This document shows, in pieces, positions 12,421-28,784 of a DNA stretch of 64,000 nt. The notes beneath the pieces were generated by a model that was not told the origin of the DNA, made no database searches, and saw only the letters and a list, made by a program, of their open reading frames with translations. Each line of letters opens with the position of its first letter. The stretch's first letter is position 1. The translations under genes were made by a program, and so were the position numbers. The stretch covers positions 55,118,001 through 55,182,000 of the forward strand of contig OX597817.1 of assembly GCA_951406725.2 (NCBI GenBank). The letters are read 5' to 3'. Source of the stretch: Octopus vulgaris (lineage: Eukaryota).

Positions 12421-12953
12421 TATCCTTTTTCCTGGTTCCGAATGAACCCAGAGATTTGTAAATATTTTTATTGTCTTCCTTTAGCATTCGTACTTGCCCT
12501 TTGCTTTTTTTAACAACTTGTTTAAATACGTTAACACAATATAAAAATAAGAACAGTAAGACGCAATCTCTTTGGAATTTTCCCCTTCTAGTATGGCTGA
12601 GATTCGTTCTCATAATTCCTCGTTTTATTGGGCTCTGGGACACTATTTGCCGTTTATTCATAAAATGATTCACGTACCTACTCGCTATTCGTATTACATT
12701 ATTCATCGATAATATTTCCACAACCTATTAGGGGAAGACCCTACTATCAAGCACCTAATTGTTAATCCATGTCCTGCGCATTTTACGCTTTTCGTCCGTT
12801 GTTTACTGTGGTCTCTTATGGATTTGCTGAATAATAATTAATTGTTAAAACCGTATCTGCCTTTTGAATTACCTCTGTTTTACGCGAAATTGGGATCATT
12901 TTTCTGGGTGAACATTTAATTGTTGTAATATTATAGTACTACAAGCTGGTGTC

Positions 12954-13303
12954 GAGGTGCAATGGCCCGGTGGTTAGGGCAGCGGACTCGCGGTCACAGG
13001 ATCGCGGTTTCCGGCGCTATGAGGGCTTATTGAGCGAAAACACTTAAAGTTCCACGAGGCGCCAGCAGGAGGTGGTGGAGAACCTTGCTGTATTCTTTCA
13101 CCACAACTTTCTCTCACTCTTTCTTCCTGTTTCTGTTGTACCTGTATTTCAAAAGAGGCCAGCCTTTTCACACTCTGTGTCACGCTGAATCTCCCTGACG
13201 TGTCTGTGGAGTACTCAGCCACTTGCACGTTAATTTCACGAGCAGGCTGTTCCATTGATCAGATCAACTGGAACCCTCGTCGTCGTAACCCACGGAATGC
13301 CAC
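12954..13303 (+). mobile_element. tRNA-derived SINE, family A
   Basis: TGGCCCGGTGGTTAGGGCAGCGGACTCGCGG head; colinear with 2908-3268. Confidence 0.9.
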
Positions 13304-14192
13304 GTCAATAAGCTCGTAGATTTTGCTGTTTGATACTCTTTTAAAACTTTATAAACGCAATTATTCCTGCGAGGATTCAGTGGTCATTATATAATTTCCC
13401 TAACATTAGAAATTCCTCGTTAAATACTTCAATGAAAACTCTGTATCTTCATCATTTACTGTTTTGTTGCTGCTTATGTTTTTTTTCTGGTATTATCTAA
13501 GTTATGGCCTTCCACCTTCCATCGTATCTTACGCTTAATCATAACATTCTCAGCTTTGATCGCCTTGCTATGTATACTCTCCAAACTTTATCCCTCACGT
13601 GTTATAGAGACCACTCCCTATTCTTTCTATTACTGCTACAGTGCCACTTTTCTCTTTGGAGTTACCTGGGCAGTTGCTATCACCTCGATTCGGATACATC
13701 CGACTGATATCTTTCCTTCTTTACTTTCATTGGTATTATTCACCAGAATTCCCATTTTCTTCGTTTACCAATCCTTCCTTCTTACAACATAATGTATTGG
13801 AACTGTTACCTCAACTAGGGGACATTATATTTCTTGGTCGTCCTTCCTAAAAGCATCGCTTCGGTCAGCCCTTTCTTCCGTATCTGTGTGTAGTGACATA
13901 TTACAAAACAAGATTGATTTCTCAATTTCTCAGACTTTTCTCTTCTATGCCTATACCGGTTTTCTGTTGGCATTCCATAATGCCTTTTTTTCTGGTTGAA
14001 TTTATTGCTGTGGTTGTTGTTGTTGTTGTTGTTGTGGATGCTGTTGTGTTGTTGTTGTTGTTGTTGTTCTTCTTCTTCTTCTTCTTCTTCTTCTTCTTCT
14101 GCTTCTTCTTCTTCTTCTCCTTCTTATTCTTATTCTTCTTCTTATTATTATTAGGACAGCTTCTGCTATATTGACAAAAAGTAGACAACATA

Positions 14193-14193
<1 letters not shown>

Positions 14194-14223
<30 letters not shown>

Positions 14224-14268
14224 AAGAAGAAGAAGAAGAAGAAGAAGAAGAAGAAGAAGAAGAAGAAG

Positions 14269-14298
<30 letters not shown>
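14194..14298. repeat. (GAA)n microsatellite
   Basis: Pure AAG run of about 35 units. Confidence 0.95.
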
Positions 14299-14299
<1 letters not shown>

Positions 14300-14689
14300 G
14301 AACAGAAAAATAGAAGAAGAATGTGTTAGAATTAGCATAGTACGTTTTGTTAATGTGTGAATGAAAGAATGAAATTGATACAGAAATTTGAAATATCACA
14401 TTGTAAGAAAAGAAAGAAAACTCAAAAAAAAGAGAAAAAATGGCGACATTTCGGTGAGTGACAACGAAATTGTCGTGAAACAGAAGTTGGGAGGACGCCA
14501 TCTTTGTTTTATTTATATTTGATTTCATTCCGTTTTAAGAATAATATTCTGTTTGTTTACCATTTAGACAGATTCTTTTTTGTTGTTGCTGTTGTTTATT
14601 GATTAACTTTATTAGGTAGCTCATTTATTGTGCCACACCTCTACCTACATACCTACCGTGCACCCTTAATCAGCATACTGTCGTAATAT

Positions 14690-17030
<2,341 letters not shown>

Positions 17031-17099
17031 AACAGCAATTGTGCCTATCACAATTATAACACTAGTAACACCGTGCGGTCATAAGATCTGCCAGAAATA

Positions 17100-17388
17100 G
17101 GAGTCAAGTCGCTTGCATATTACACCCTGGAAATGTACAAGATTGCTCCAACAATCGTGAACTTTTTAAAAGTAATCATGAATTCATGGAGAACCACCCT
17201 CATTTTAAATCATACATAAAGACATCAATATCGTCTGTGATATCTTTCAAGGTGACTCATTATCACCATTACTATTCTTCCACGCTCTGCTCCCATTATC
17301 CATACAACTGAATAATGCTAAGAGAGGGTATAAGATCTTGACCAGAAAATTAATCATCTACTCTATATTAATGATCTAAACCTGTTTG
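17100..17388 (+). mobile_element. R4/Dong-like reverse transcriptase fragment (old)
   Basis: Manual translation: LEMYKIAPTIVNFLK...IFQGDSLSPLLF...INHLLYINDLNLF, homologous to ORFs 30264..30914 and 29948..30271. Confidence 0.8.
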
Positions 17389-18288
17389 TTATATCCTGCC
17401 TTTCTTGATATTTGAGTGGGGCATTGGCGTCTTATATGTCCCTGACCCAATGTGCTTTCTGATTAAACTCTTTCGGATTACTCCAAATGTTTTTCCAAAA
17501 ATGTACAGTTTGCTGCTAAGGAGGAGATGTTTTCACAGTAATGGGGTTTTCCCCAGTTCCCTGTAAAAAAATTTTTGTGTTCTCCTTGAATTGCATGCTT
17601 TGTCTATGGAATGCTGAGCGTTTTTTTTTCTATCTTGCCATTCGTCTGCTTCTTAATTGTAGTTTTTGCTTGAGGATTTCAAACTGGGTATCCTTTGTTT
17701 TCATGTAAAGGTCATGTTTAGCAATGATTCTTATTAGTTTGTTGGGTTTATTAATTTTCTCTTTGCTTGCTTCAAGTAGAAAAGATACATCTGCTCTTAG
17801 TTGCATTATTTGCCGGTTTGTTCTTTTCATCCATGCAGGCTGTTTGTGTACATTGTACTTGTTTTTTTCTATCTCTAATTTCAATGCCGCATTTCTTAGT
17901 TCCAACATAAGCAGCTGAGTAAATATGTTGATCAATCACTCCGAGGGTATTTTCTCTACTATTCTCAAGGGGTCGTGGTATCAGCTTTCCAAGTGTTCGA
18001 TCAACTTCCTTGATTATTTTTCTCTTCTTATCAGTAATAATAATTTTAGGAAGTGGGGCACTTTCGTGGAAAGGTTGGTGTAGTTCTATTAGATATTGTT
18101 CTAGTATTCCATCTAACAGTTCATTGCTGACGTGATCATTTATACTGTTTTTAGTATCAACAGATAGTCCACCTTCATAGTGTTCTGTGTACCTAGCTTG
18201 CCGGTTTCAATTAGTGATTTCAGAGCTTTTTACCTGAGGGTTATTAGTGAGTGTGTGTTATACTGAATTGAGTTTTGACTGATCTAAC
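17389..18288 (-). mobile_element. R4/Dong-like N-terminal ORF fragment (old), opposite orientation to the adjacent RT piece
   Basis: ORF 17630..17935 (PAWMKRTNRQIMQLRADVS...LKQKLQLRSRRMAR) aligns with ORF 31007..31459 (LWINNIQNKIQKMRKDLS...LKQDILAKAQRIRRY); 5' side abuts (TTA)n at 18289. Confidence 0.75.
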
Positions 18289-18503
<215 letters not shown>

Positions 18504-18519
18504 TTAAAACAGTGAGATG

Positions 18520-18712
18520 ACGTTAGCGCATCAGGCAAAAAAGCTTAGTGCCGTTTCTACCAGCTCTTTACCTTCAGAGTTAAAATCCCGACGAAATCAC
18601 CTTCAACCTTCATCCTTCCAGTTTCTACGCATTAAATAACTTGCAGGTACTGAGGTAGATGTAATCACCTGAGACCCTCCTCTGAAAGGGCTGGAGCTGT
18701 GTCAAAATTTGA
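18520..18712 (+). mobile_element. Diverged SINE, family C
   Basis: CGTTAGC...GCTTAG...GAGTTAAAATCCCGACGA...CTTCATCCTTCC resembles 35012-35200. Confidence 0.55.
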
Positions 18713-19513
18713 AACTGTTAGTATAGTTCGCTTTTAGTGCACGAATGAGAACACCTCTGTCTCTTGGGTATGCGCCGTCTTTTGTTTCGGTTTCGTTAAT
18801 TCCTTGTATTAAAAGTACAACAGACACATACACGTCGAACGTAATCCTCGGGCAGATAATATAATTCGATTTGGGGATCACAAAATACATAAATGCAAAC
18901 GGCAAGATCAAGTATTTGAACTTTGGTATAATCAATTAGGATTCATATATGATTAAACACGGCCAACGTCAGTCTTAACCCAGTAACATATTTAGTAATT
19001 GGTTAATGTTTTTGGTGAGTCACGTTTTGGAATACCCTATCATGTTCTTGCTGTTATTTGCAGGAGTAAGTGGGGAGCACTGATTGGGTACAATACTATT
19101 TTCAACTATAGCCTTTCAGACAATATTATTTTCAAACATAGCCTTTCTAGGAATACATTACAAAATGTGAACTTCATGATGTTGCCTGGAGAAGATAAGG
19201 ATATTATTTATAGCATATAGTGTTACCACACAAAACGATTTCAAATCATTCTATGAATACTAACCGATCTCTATTAATACTTGTAAAAATGCGTCAGCCC
19301 CACGATATTGTTAGTCTCGCATATAGCGTAACTTAAATTCCTCTCTCTCACTCACTGTTGTGCTTTTTCTTGTGTGAGTGTTCGTGCGCGTATCTGTGTC
19401 TGCATGTGTACGAGGTTCTAGGCTGAGCAACTCAAAGGTACTCTCTCTTTTCTCATTCTCTATTTTCTCTCTCACTCTCTGAATATATATAAATATATTT
19501 ATTATTTTATTGA

Positions 19514-20417
19514 TTTCTTTGTTTCAGTCATTTGACTGCAGCCACCCTGGAGCACCGTCTCTGGTCGAACAAACTGACCCCAGGACTTATTCGTTGTAAG
19601 TCTAGTACTTATTTGCCGAAGCGCTAGATCTCGTGGACATAAACACACAAATATCGGTTGTCAAGCGATGGTGGGAGACAAACACAGAGACACAAATGCT
19701 CGCGCGCACACACACACATATGTATGTATATATATATATATACTAGCAGTATCGCCCGGCGTTGCTCGGGTTTGTAAGGGAAATAACTATATAAGCATTT
19801 TTAGAGAGTTACTTCCCTTATAAATTCGGGCTTTCTTAGCCATTTTTGTTTTGGTGTCTTCAAGCCATTAAGTCGTTGTTCTAAAAGAACGCTGGTTTCC
19901 TTCACAACGCATTACGACGTTGATTTCTTTACACTCCCTTCCCCACAGCTTCACGAGGGAGGGAAGGGGGAGAAGCAAACAGGTGCAGCTGTGAGCGTGG
20001 ACGCCAACTCCGCCGCCATCGACATACGATGCATTTTATGCATTAAAATGGAATAAAAAATGATGTTAAATTATTTTAAAAATCGTAGACTCATCGTTGA
20101 CGCGCGCTAATAGTCAGACGGGCTCGATATGAATCACGACTATAAGATACCCGAATTTGGTTAAACTGCACCGCAAAATGTGGGAGGAGTTAGGAATCTA
20201 AATCGAAGGGGACAGACACTCACACAACTAGAGTTTTATATATATAGATATATATATATATATATGACGGTCTTCTTTCAGTTTCCATCTACGAAATCCA
20301 CTCACAAGGCTTTGGTCAGCGCGAGGGTATAGTAGAAGACACTTTACCTAGGTGCCACACAGTGCGACTGAACCCGGAACCATATGTTTGGTAAGCAAGC
20401 TATTTACCACACAGCCT
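19514..20417 (-). mobile_element. tRNA-derived SINE family B, interrupted in its internal microsatellite by a Helitron
   Basis: Minus-strand head GGCTGTGTGGTAA...GGTTCCGGGTTCAGTC; body CTTCTACTATA...CCAAAGCCTTGTGAGTGGATTT...GAAACTGAAAGAAG; same family at 41.7, 47.5, 47.8, 56.1 and 59.9 kb. Confidence 0.85.
19743..20248 (-). mobile_element. Non-autonomous Helitron, copy 1
   Basis: Minus strand begins TC(TATATATATAAAA) and ends with a GC-rich hairpin CCCGAGCAACGCCGGG 8 nt before CTAG; inserted between A and T with no TSD; homologous to 24933-25317. Confidence 0.85.
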
Positions 20418-20490
20418 CACACACACACACACGCACGCACACACACACAGACACACACACACAGACACACACACACAGACACACACACAA

Positions 20491-20538
<48 letters not shown>

Positions 20539-21107
20539 TTAAGCCGTTTTCGTTACACCGACGATGATTAAACTTGACAGAATTTCGAAGTCACTGTCAA
20601 CGATGTTCTTTTTTAAAAGTAAACTTACACCCTACAAAGCATAGGGTAATCCCTCTGATTAATGTATTTCTTTTAATTATAACTAAACATAAGAACAAAC
20701 ATTAACATACATATAAATTGAAAAATTATTATTTCTAAATCTCTCAAAGAGAGACATTCACTAACAGTTCTTTTAAGTAAAGGCTATTTGCCAACATAAT
20801 GTGGCTGTCTTTTAAGGGACGATGTTACTGTTGTTTTAGGCCCAAGAATCACCGTTTCTAGCTGGCTGTACGTCATAATATCTATGTCCTTATATTTTGG
20901 AACAGGGAGTTTTACACCCCCACCTAGCGCAAAACATCAGTGGAATATTTTCTGTGTCGTTGCCCTTTATCAACACAGAGTATCGGCTTGGCTAGATGGC
21001 GTTGCTGAATTCACCGTCATATATACATACATATTCATATATGTATATGTATGTATATACATATATGTGTATGTGTATATTTTTATACGTACATACACAC
21101 ACACGCA

Positions 21108-21160
<53 letters not shown>

Positions 21161-21182
21161 ATATATATACGCACATAAAAAA

Positions 21183-21437
21183 AATAATAAATCTGCCCTT
21201 TTTTAAAGCCTAGCCAGGCTCATGGGCCCCCTTTCCCGGTTTCTACGGCATATATGTTCCCCAGCTGGACGGGACGCCAGTTCATCGCAGCGTTAATCAT
21301 TTTTGTCAGCTGAGTGGATTTGAGCAACGTGAAATGAAGTGTTTTGCTCAAGAACACAACGCGTCACCTGGTCCAGGAATCGAAACCATAATCTTACGAT
21401 CATGGTGCAGACACCCTAACCGCTAAGCCACGCGCCC
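21183..21437 (-). mobile_element. tRNA-derived SINE (family A-type head, different tail)
   Basis: Minus strand GGCGCGTGGCTTAGCGGTTAGGGTG...GGTTTCGATTCCTGGACC, then TTCTTGAGCAAAACACTTCATTTCACGTTGCTC. Confidence 0.8.
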
Positions 21438-21667
21438 CCACATATATACATGCACACACAGTCAAAAGGTTAGAGCTAGAGATGCCAAGTGTAGATAACA
21501 TGGAATAGTGCGCAAATGGCTGGAATTTTAACTCCGAAAAACTTTATCGAGGACTAGGTCAACGGTTTAAAGGCTGGCTATAGAGAAATCCAAGTGATAT
21601 GGAGATAGCGATGCCGGATAATTTTGGGTTGTATGTAAAAAAATTACAGTAGGATCAGTCAATTATT

Positions 21668-21800
21668 ATTTTATTCAACACATTCCTTTCTTAGATTCAC
21701 ACACGTATTGCAGACAGCGGTCCTTCAAATTTTCTAGGCTCTGTAGAAGAACTCGGAAGTTTGGGGCTCGAACCAGTCCTTTCGCGTTACCGTTCCAGCC
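21668..21800 (-). mobile_element. Mariner transposase C-terminal fragment
   Basis: Homologous to 29430-29560; LENLKDRC...CESK reading. Confidence 0.55.
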
Positions 21801-21892
21801 ATGACTTTTCAGCGCCCTCTCGTTTATACGTATATATTTAAATACACACACACTCATACACATACACACACGCACACACACACACACACACG

Positions 21893-21928
<36 letters not shown>

Positions 21929-22140
21929 CCTATGTATGTCTATATGTGCACATGTATATACGTATGTTTATATATATCTTATGTAATGTAATCATGTTTA
22001 TATCTAAATATTAAATAGTTTCATACTCCCACACACGCGCACAGAGAGATACACACACACAAACATTATCCATCTATCTATCTATCTATCTATCTATCTA
22101 TTTCTATCTATCTATCTATTTCTATCTATCTATCTATGTA

Positions 22141-22201
<61 letters not shown>

Positions 22202-22679
22202 GTAAATACATACATATATATACACACATCTGCATACACATGTATATTTACACGCTCGCACAGACATACATAGATTCGCACACATGTGTATATATCGATG
22301 TATTATGTATGTCTGTGTTCAAGCACGAGGCCATATTACGTGTTCCTCGAAGTATAATTCATTAAATCTTCCGTATTTGATCAAGGTGAATCTATTCAAT
22401 TTTCCCTTCTATATAATTAAATGTTTTAACAATATTCTAAGACATCATGCATGGAACACAAACATTCATTATTCCATACAAACAGAACTTTCCGAAAGTG
22501 AGGAATCCATGAAAGGCTGAGTACAATTAACTTGGTTCGAAACTTACTTCTTTTATTATCGAGTTGTTAGCTGATGTGAGATAACATTCTTCAGATAAGA
22601 CGCTTGCTTACTTCTTCATACACTCACACACACGGGTAGACACACCTGCTGGAGAGCACGCACACATGAGCATAATACT

Positions 22680-22732
<53 letters not shown>

Positions 22733-22964
22733 CTGTGTTTTTATATACATATATGTATACATATATATGTATACATATACATACACATACAAACATATAT
22801 ATATATATATATGGATACATATATACAAACATATGTACGTATATACACATACAAAGTTATATATAGATACATGCATATATGTATACACACTCACACACAC
22901 GCGCGTTCAAGCATGTATATATATTTACATAAATGTAATTCACTCTATACAGATGCATGTGTAT

Positions 22965-23019
<55 letters not shown>

Positions 23020-23140
23020 TATATAAATATATATATATATTCATATATATATATATATATATATACGAACATATGTATATATATATATATGCGCACATGC
23101 ACATGTGTGTGTGCGTATGTGAGTGTTTGTATGTATATGT

Positions 23141-23220
<80 letters not shown>

Positions 23221-23584
23221 ATATACTCACATTCATATACTCACCCATATGGACAATTGCATGCATATCGATAAGTGGATCTCCGCATATGTGCGTGTTT
23301 GTATGACTGTATGTGAGTGTGTAACCTCAGAAATCGATACCTATTTTCGGCACACAAAGGCATAATTATTATCCATATCTGCACCACACCCAACCATCCC
23401 CAGCTGACGTCCCCGCCACCTTCATCTTCATCCTCCTCCTCATCCTCATCATTGATATCATCGTAAATTACATGAAATGAACCAGACGTGTTAAAAATTG
23501 AGGCAAAGTCCCAACCCGAACCCCAGCCCACATCCCACACACGTTCACTCACATTGCAATACAACCACACACATCAACGCATGT

Positions 23585-23621
<37 letters not shown>

Positions 23622-23642
23622 CATATATATGTACATACATAC

Positions 23643-23719
<77 letters not shown>

Positions 23720-23901
23720 GTTTCGTATAGGCCAATGCATGAGCATACATCCTGAATGTCGTGACAAATGAACAATTACACGTATAATTAATTAATAGAA
23801 ATTAACAATAATAATACCTATTGCAACAAAAACTCCCCATAAACACCGCAGATGCAACCATCACCACCAGCGCCACTACCAACAACCACAACAGCCTTCA
23901 T

Positions 23902-23952
<51 letters not shown>

Positions 23953-24932
23953 CACTACTACTACTTCTGTAATCGATTGATAATACGTCGTGCCGTATAT
24001 AGGCGAGAGTTTCTGCCGATTATTTGCTTGAAGGTATAGGAAGGACCTCTTTCGTCTTTTGAAAAACACGTGCTACATTCTTCCTTGTCTTTTCTTAGAT
24101 GAATCCATCGGGCTAGTAATTTGTGCCTCTCGTGACGTATCACTCTTCATTTTTCTTTGCTATTTTTTCTTTCATTATTTATTATTCTTCTTTTTTATTG
24201 ACGCAGCGGATTCGTATCCAACGCCTCCCTTTGATTCGCAAAGCTGGCAAAGTTATTTTCTTAAAAATTTATTATTTTTAACTCTATTTTTTTTCCTTTT
24301 TATTTGTTAAAGTGATGTCTCTATCCACAGATGAGCTTCCGTCTTCAATTTTCATCATTTTGGTTTGTTTCTGTTTGGGAAATTCTCAAACTATTTTAGA
24401 AAGTTTGGCGAGTGTATTTAGTGCCAAGAAGAAGGAATTAATACTAAATAAGGTTTTAGCAGAAGCATGAAAATATATAGCAGAGTATTGTAGTTCGCTT
24501 GAAGCATTGTGTATTGTTTGTAAAGAAAAAAAGTTTGAATGGTACAACAATGCACTATAATACAGACAATGGGCTATATACCTGTTGTAATTTAGTCATT
24601 CATAGTCTGATAATATTTTTGAATAAAATTCCTTCTTCAGATATTCTTCGATGGAGTCGCTGCTATAATCGGTTTTCCAACGGTTTGTCTAAAAAGAAAA
24701 TTTTCTCATCCAACGTAATGGGGACAGACAGACAAACTCACTAAATTCTTTGTTGGCAAGATATTAAAAAAATTCAAGCCAAAAATGGTACAATCTAAGA
24801 ATTCTCCGAAGACATGTAACAGAAGGCCACTCGGCATGGATAGATACAAAAGAGCCGCCAATACAAACAACAAGATCAACAACAACGGCCACAATAACAA
24901 TCACAACACCAAGTTATTAGTTTTAGAGTTGA

Positions 24933-25317
24933 CTAGCAGTATCGCCCGGCGTTGCTCGGGTTTGTATGGGAAATAACTATATAAGAATTTTTAGAGAGTT
25001 ATAGCCAAAAAATGCATTAAAAATGGGAAAAAAATTATGGTAAATTTTTTTTTAATCGTTGACTCATCATAGATATTTTTAGAGAGTTACTTCCCTTATA
25101 TAATAGCGAAAAATGCATTAAGATGAAAAAAAATTATGGTAAATTTTATTTTAAATCGTAGACACATCGTAGACGCGCGTTAATACCCAGAAGGGCTCGA
25201 TATGAATCACGACTATAAGATACCCGGTTTTGGTTAAACTGCACCGCAAAATGTGGGAGTAGTTAGGAATCTAAATCGTAGGAGACAGACACACAACTTC
25301 TCTTTTATATATAAAGA
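24933..25317 (-). mobile_element. Non-autonomous Helitron, copy 2
   Basis: Same TC...hairpin-CTAG termini as 19743-20248, A|T target, internal tandem duplication of an ~80-110 bp block. Confidence 0.85.
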
Positions 25318-25790
25318 TTTTCGTAATTTCATTTGTTGCTTCATCACAGTTGAAGATTTCTTTGTGTGTGCGTATGTCTGTTTGTGCCTGTGTGTGTGTG
25401 TGTGTGTGTGACTTTTGTTTCTATGATAGTGGTTGTAGTGACAGTTCTTTAAGGTGTTCTGCCGAATGCTTCCCTGGCATTCTATTAACCTTCGGAGTTT
25501 TAACTTGAGACGAACTTTTAGTACGCAATTTCTCTTTTATTCCCAACAATATCCCATTCAGTCTATTATTGGCCCTGGTCTCTTTCCACCGCGAGTTCTT
25601 GGACTCGAAGATCTCTGAAGCACATCGAAGAGATTTTACTGTGTGTTCGCATTTTGTGTGTATGTTTGTGCAGGGCCTTGCGGGTAGAAGCTCTGGCAGA
25701 AAATTTTCTAGCGTAGTGAATACTCTTGAAGCCATTGTTCTTGTTCTTCTTCTTCTTGTTCTTCTTCTTCTTCTTCTTCTTCTTCTTCTT

Positions 25791-26357
<567 letters not shown>

Positions 26358-26371
26358 TAGTAGTAGTAGTA

Positions 26372-27064
26372 TATATTTGGCTTTTCATTTGTATTTGTAC
26401 AAGTTGACTCCAAGTCTCGCCCAGAGATCTCAAGAGACAACAAGTTAGAAGTTCAAGTTGGTGTTATGAGTAGGGTGCCATATATTTGGTTTTGCACAGA
26501 TTCTAGAGAATCTGTCAAGACATAAGTAAATTAGAAGTTTGATTTTAAAAGTAATTTGATTATAAGATGACAATAAAAGTTGTTTGCTGTTATGGACATT
26601 TAAAAGTATTTTGACACTGTTTACGGATTAAAATATATTTGGGATTACATACGCAATATTTTACGTAGCATATGAGCAGTTCACATGAGCACTATTTTTT
26701 TTTTCTTTAATTTCTTCCATTTTTGGATTTCCTGGTATCTGAGCTAGGTAGCAATCAATCTTTCGTGCGATCATTCGCAGGGCACTTACGACAACAGGTA
26801 TTGTTTTAGACTTGAGGTTCCACATTTTTCCAATTTCTATATCAAGATCTTTATAATTACTCAGTTTTAGTAGGTCTTGACAGTTACATTTATATCGATT
26901 AGGACAATCATATCGATGAGGCAGCATGGCTTTTGTCTGAAATCCTTCACTATAATGTCTGGCCTACTTGCATCTAAATTTTGTCTGAAGTCCTTCAACA
27001 TAACGTCTGGGCTTTATGCATCTATTTCGTCTAAAGTCCTTCAATATAATGTCTAAACTATTTG
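26372..27064 (-). mobile_element. R4/Dong-like 3' fragment (subfamily 2, diverged) with RLE domain remnant
   Basis: ORF 26661..26927 KLSNYKDLDIEIGKMWNLKSKTIPVVVSAL; upstream RPDIIVKD motif; 3' UTR CTCTTGAGATCTCTGGGCGAGACTTGG; flanked by TAG/TTA-type repeats. Confidence 0.8.
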
Positions 27065-27136
27065 AGTCTATTATCATCGTCATCATTATCATTTTTATGA
27101 TTATTATTATTATTATTGTTGTTATTATTATTATGA

Positions 27137-27217
<81 letters not shown>

Positions 27218-27904
27218 TCGCTTTCTTCTGATTTCGGCGCCATATTTCTCTTCCTCCATCTTTTCTGTACCGAAATGAACTCTATTGAAGCATTTGTCGA
27301 TATTTCCTGTCCTGTCGGTACGTCTCCTCCTCCATTTCTACACTTTGTTGTCAATGTTGTTATTGTTGTTGATGGTGATGATGATGATGATGATGATGAT
27401 GATAATAACGCTCGTCATTATTATGACATTTGCATTGTCATATCTTATTATTGTTATTCTTGTTGTACTCGCTGGTATAAGGTTATTGTTGTTGTATTTG
27501 TCACTGCTATTATTGTTGTTATCATTGCTGCTGCTGCTGCTGCTGTTGTTGTTGTTGCTGCCATTTTCCTTGTTTCATTATTGCCTTCTGCACAAAATAG
27601 ATTGTCGCTGATAAGATAAGACAGACGAAGTGGTCTGATCCAAAGTAATTAATATAACTTATACAGACATCCAAACGCACGCAAACGTGCACTCACACAC
27701 ACATACACACACACACAGACACACACACACACATACACACATACACTACGTATTCATATTCACAGGTTGACTTTTACAGAACATAAAAGTACAAACTCAT
27801 TCTCTTACAAGTGTACAGTCATATATGGAAGGTGTATGTGTGTGTCTGTGTGCACGCCCGCGTACATCTGTGTATACATTAATTCCAGCATACATAAATA
27901 CAAC

Positions 27905-27918
27905 ACACACATATACAT

Positions 27919-27952
<34 letters not shown>

Positions 27953-28086
27953 ATATACATATATAAACATATATATACATACATACATATATATTTGTAT
28001 ATACATATGCATACATATGTACGTATTCATATGCATATGTATATATATATATATATATATACATATATACATACACACACACACAT

Positions 28087-28134
<48 letters not shown>

Positions 28135-28282
28135 ATATACATATATAAACATATATATACATACATACATATATATTTGTATATACATATGCATACATAT
28201 GTACGTATTCATATGCATATGTATATATATATATATATATATATACATATATACATACACACACACACATATATATATATAT
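27905..28282. repeat. ~182-bp tandem duplication built from TA/CA microsatellite
   Basis: ATATAAACATATATATACATAC...GTACGTATTCATATGC recurs at about 27961 and 28143. Confidence 0.85.
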
Positions 28283-28731
28283 ACCGCTGTGTGCCTGTGT
28301 GTGTGTATATATATATATATATGTGTGTGTGTGTGAGTGTGAATGTGTGTGTGTGTGTGTGTGTGCCTGTGTGCCTGTGTGTGTACCGAAATAATTGTTT
28401 AAGTGGAACGCGCATGGCGTAATAACGGAAACTATAATTAATAGAAAGGAAAGATTTAAACTACATATATATATATGTGTGTGTGTGTGTATGTGTGTGA
28501 GTGTGTGTGTTTGTGTGTGTGTCTATGTGTGTGCTTGTGTGTGTGCGTGTGAGTGCGTGTGCATGCGTCTGTGTCTGTGTGTATGTGTGCGTGCGGGTAA
28601 ATGTGTGTGTGTGTATGTGTATTTACACCAGTAGACGTCACATATACTTTTGCGTTATCTGAAGCTGTTTCATTAATTCATTTTTAATAAATGCGTGGTA
28701 ATGCTGTCGTTGTTGCTGTAGTTGGTGGTAG

Positions 28732-28784
<53 letters not shown>

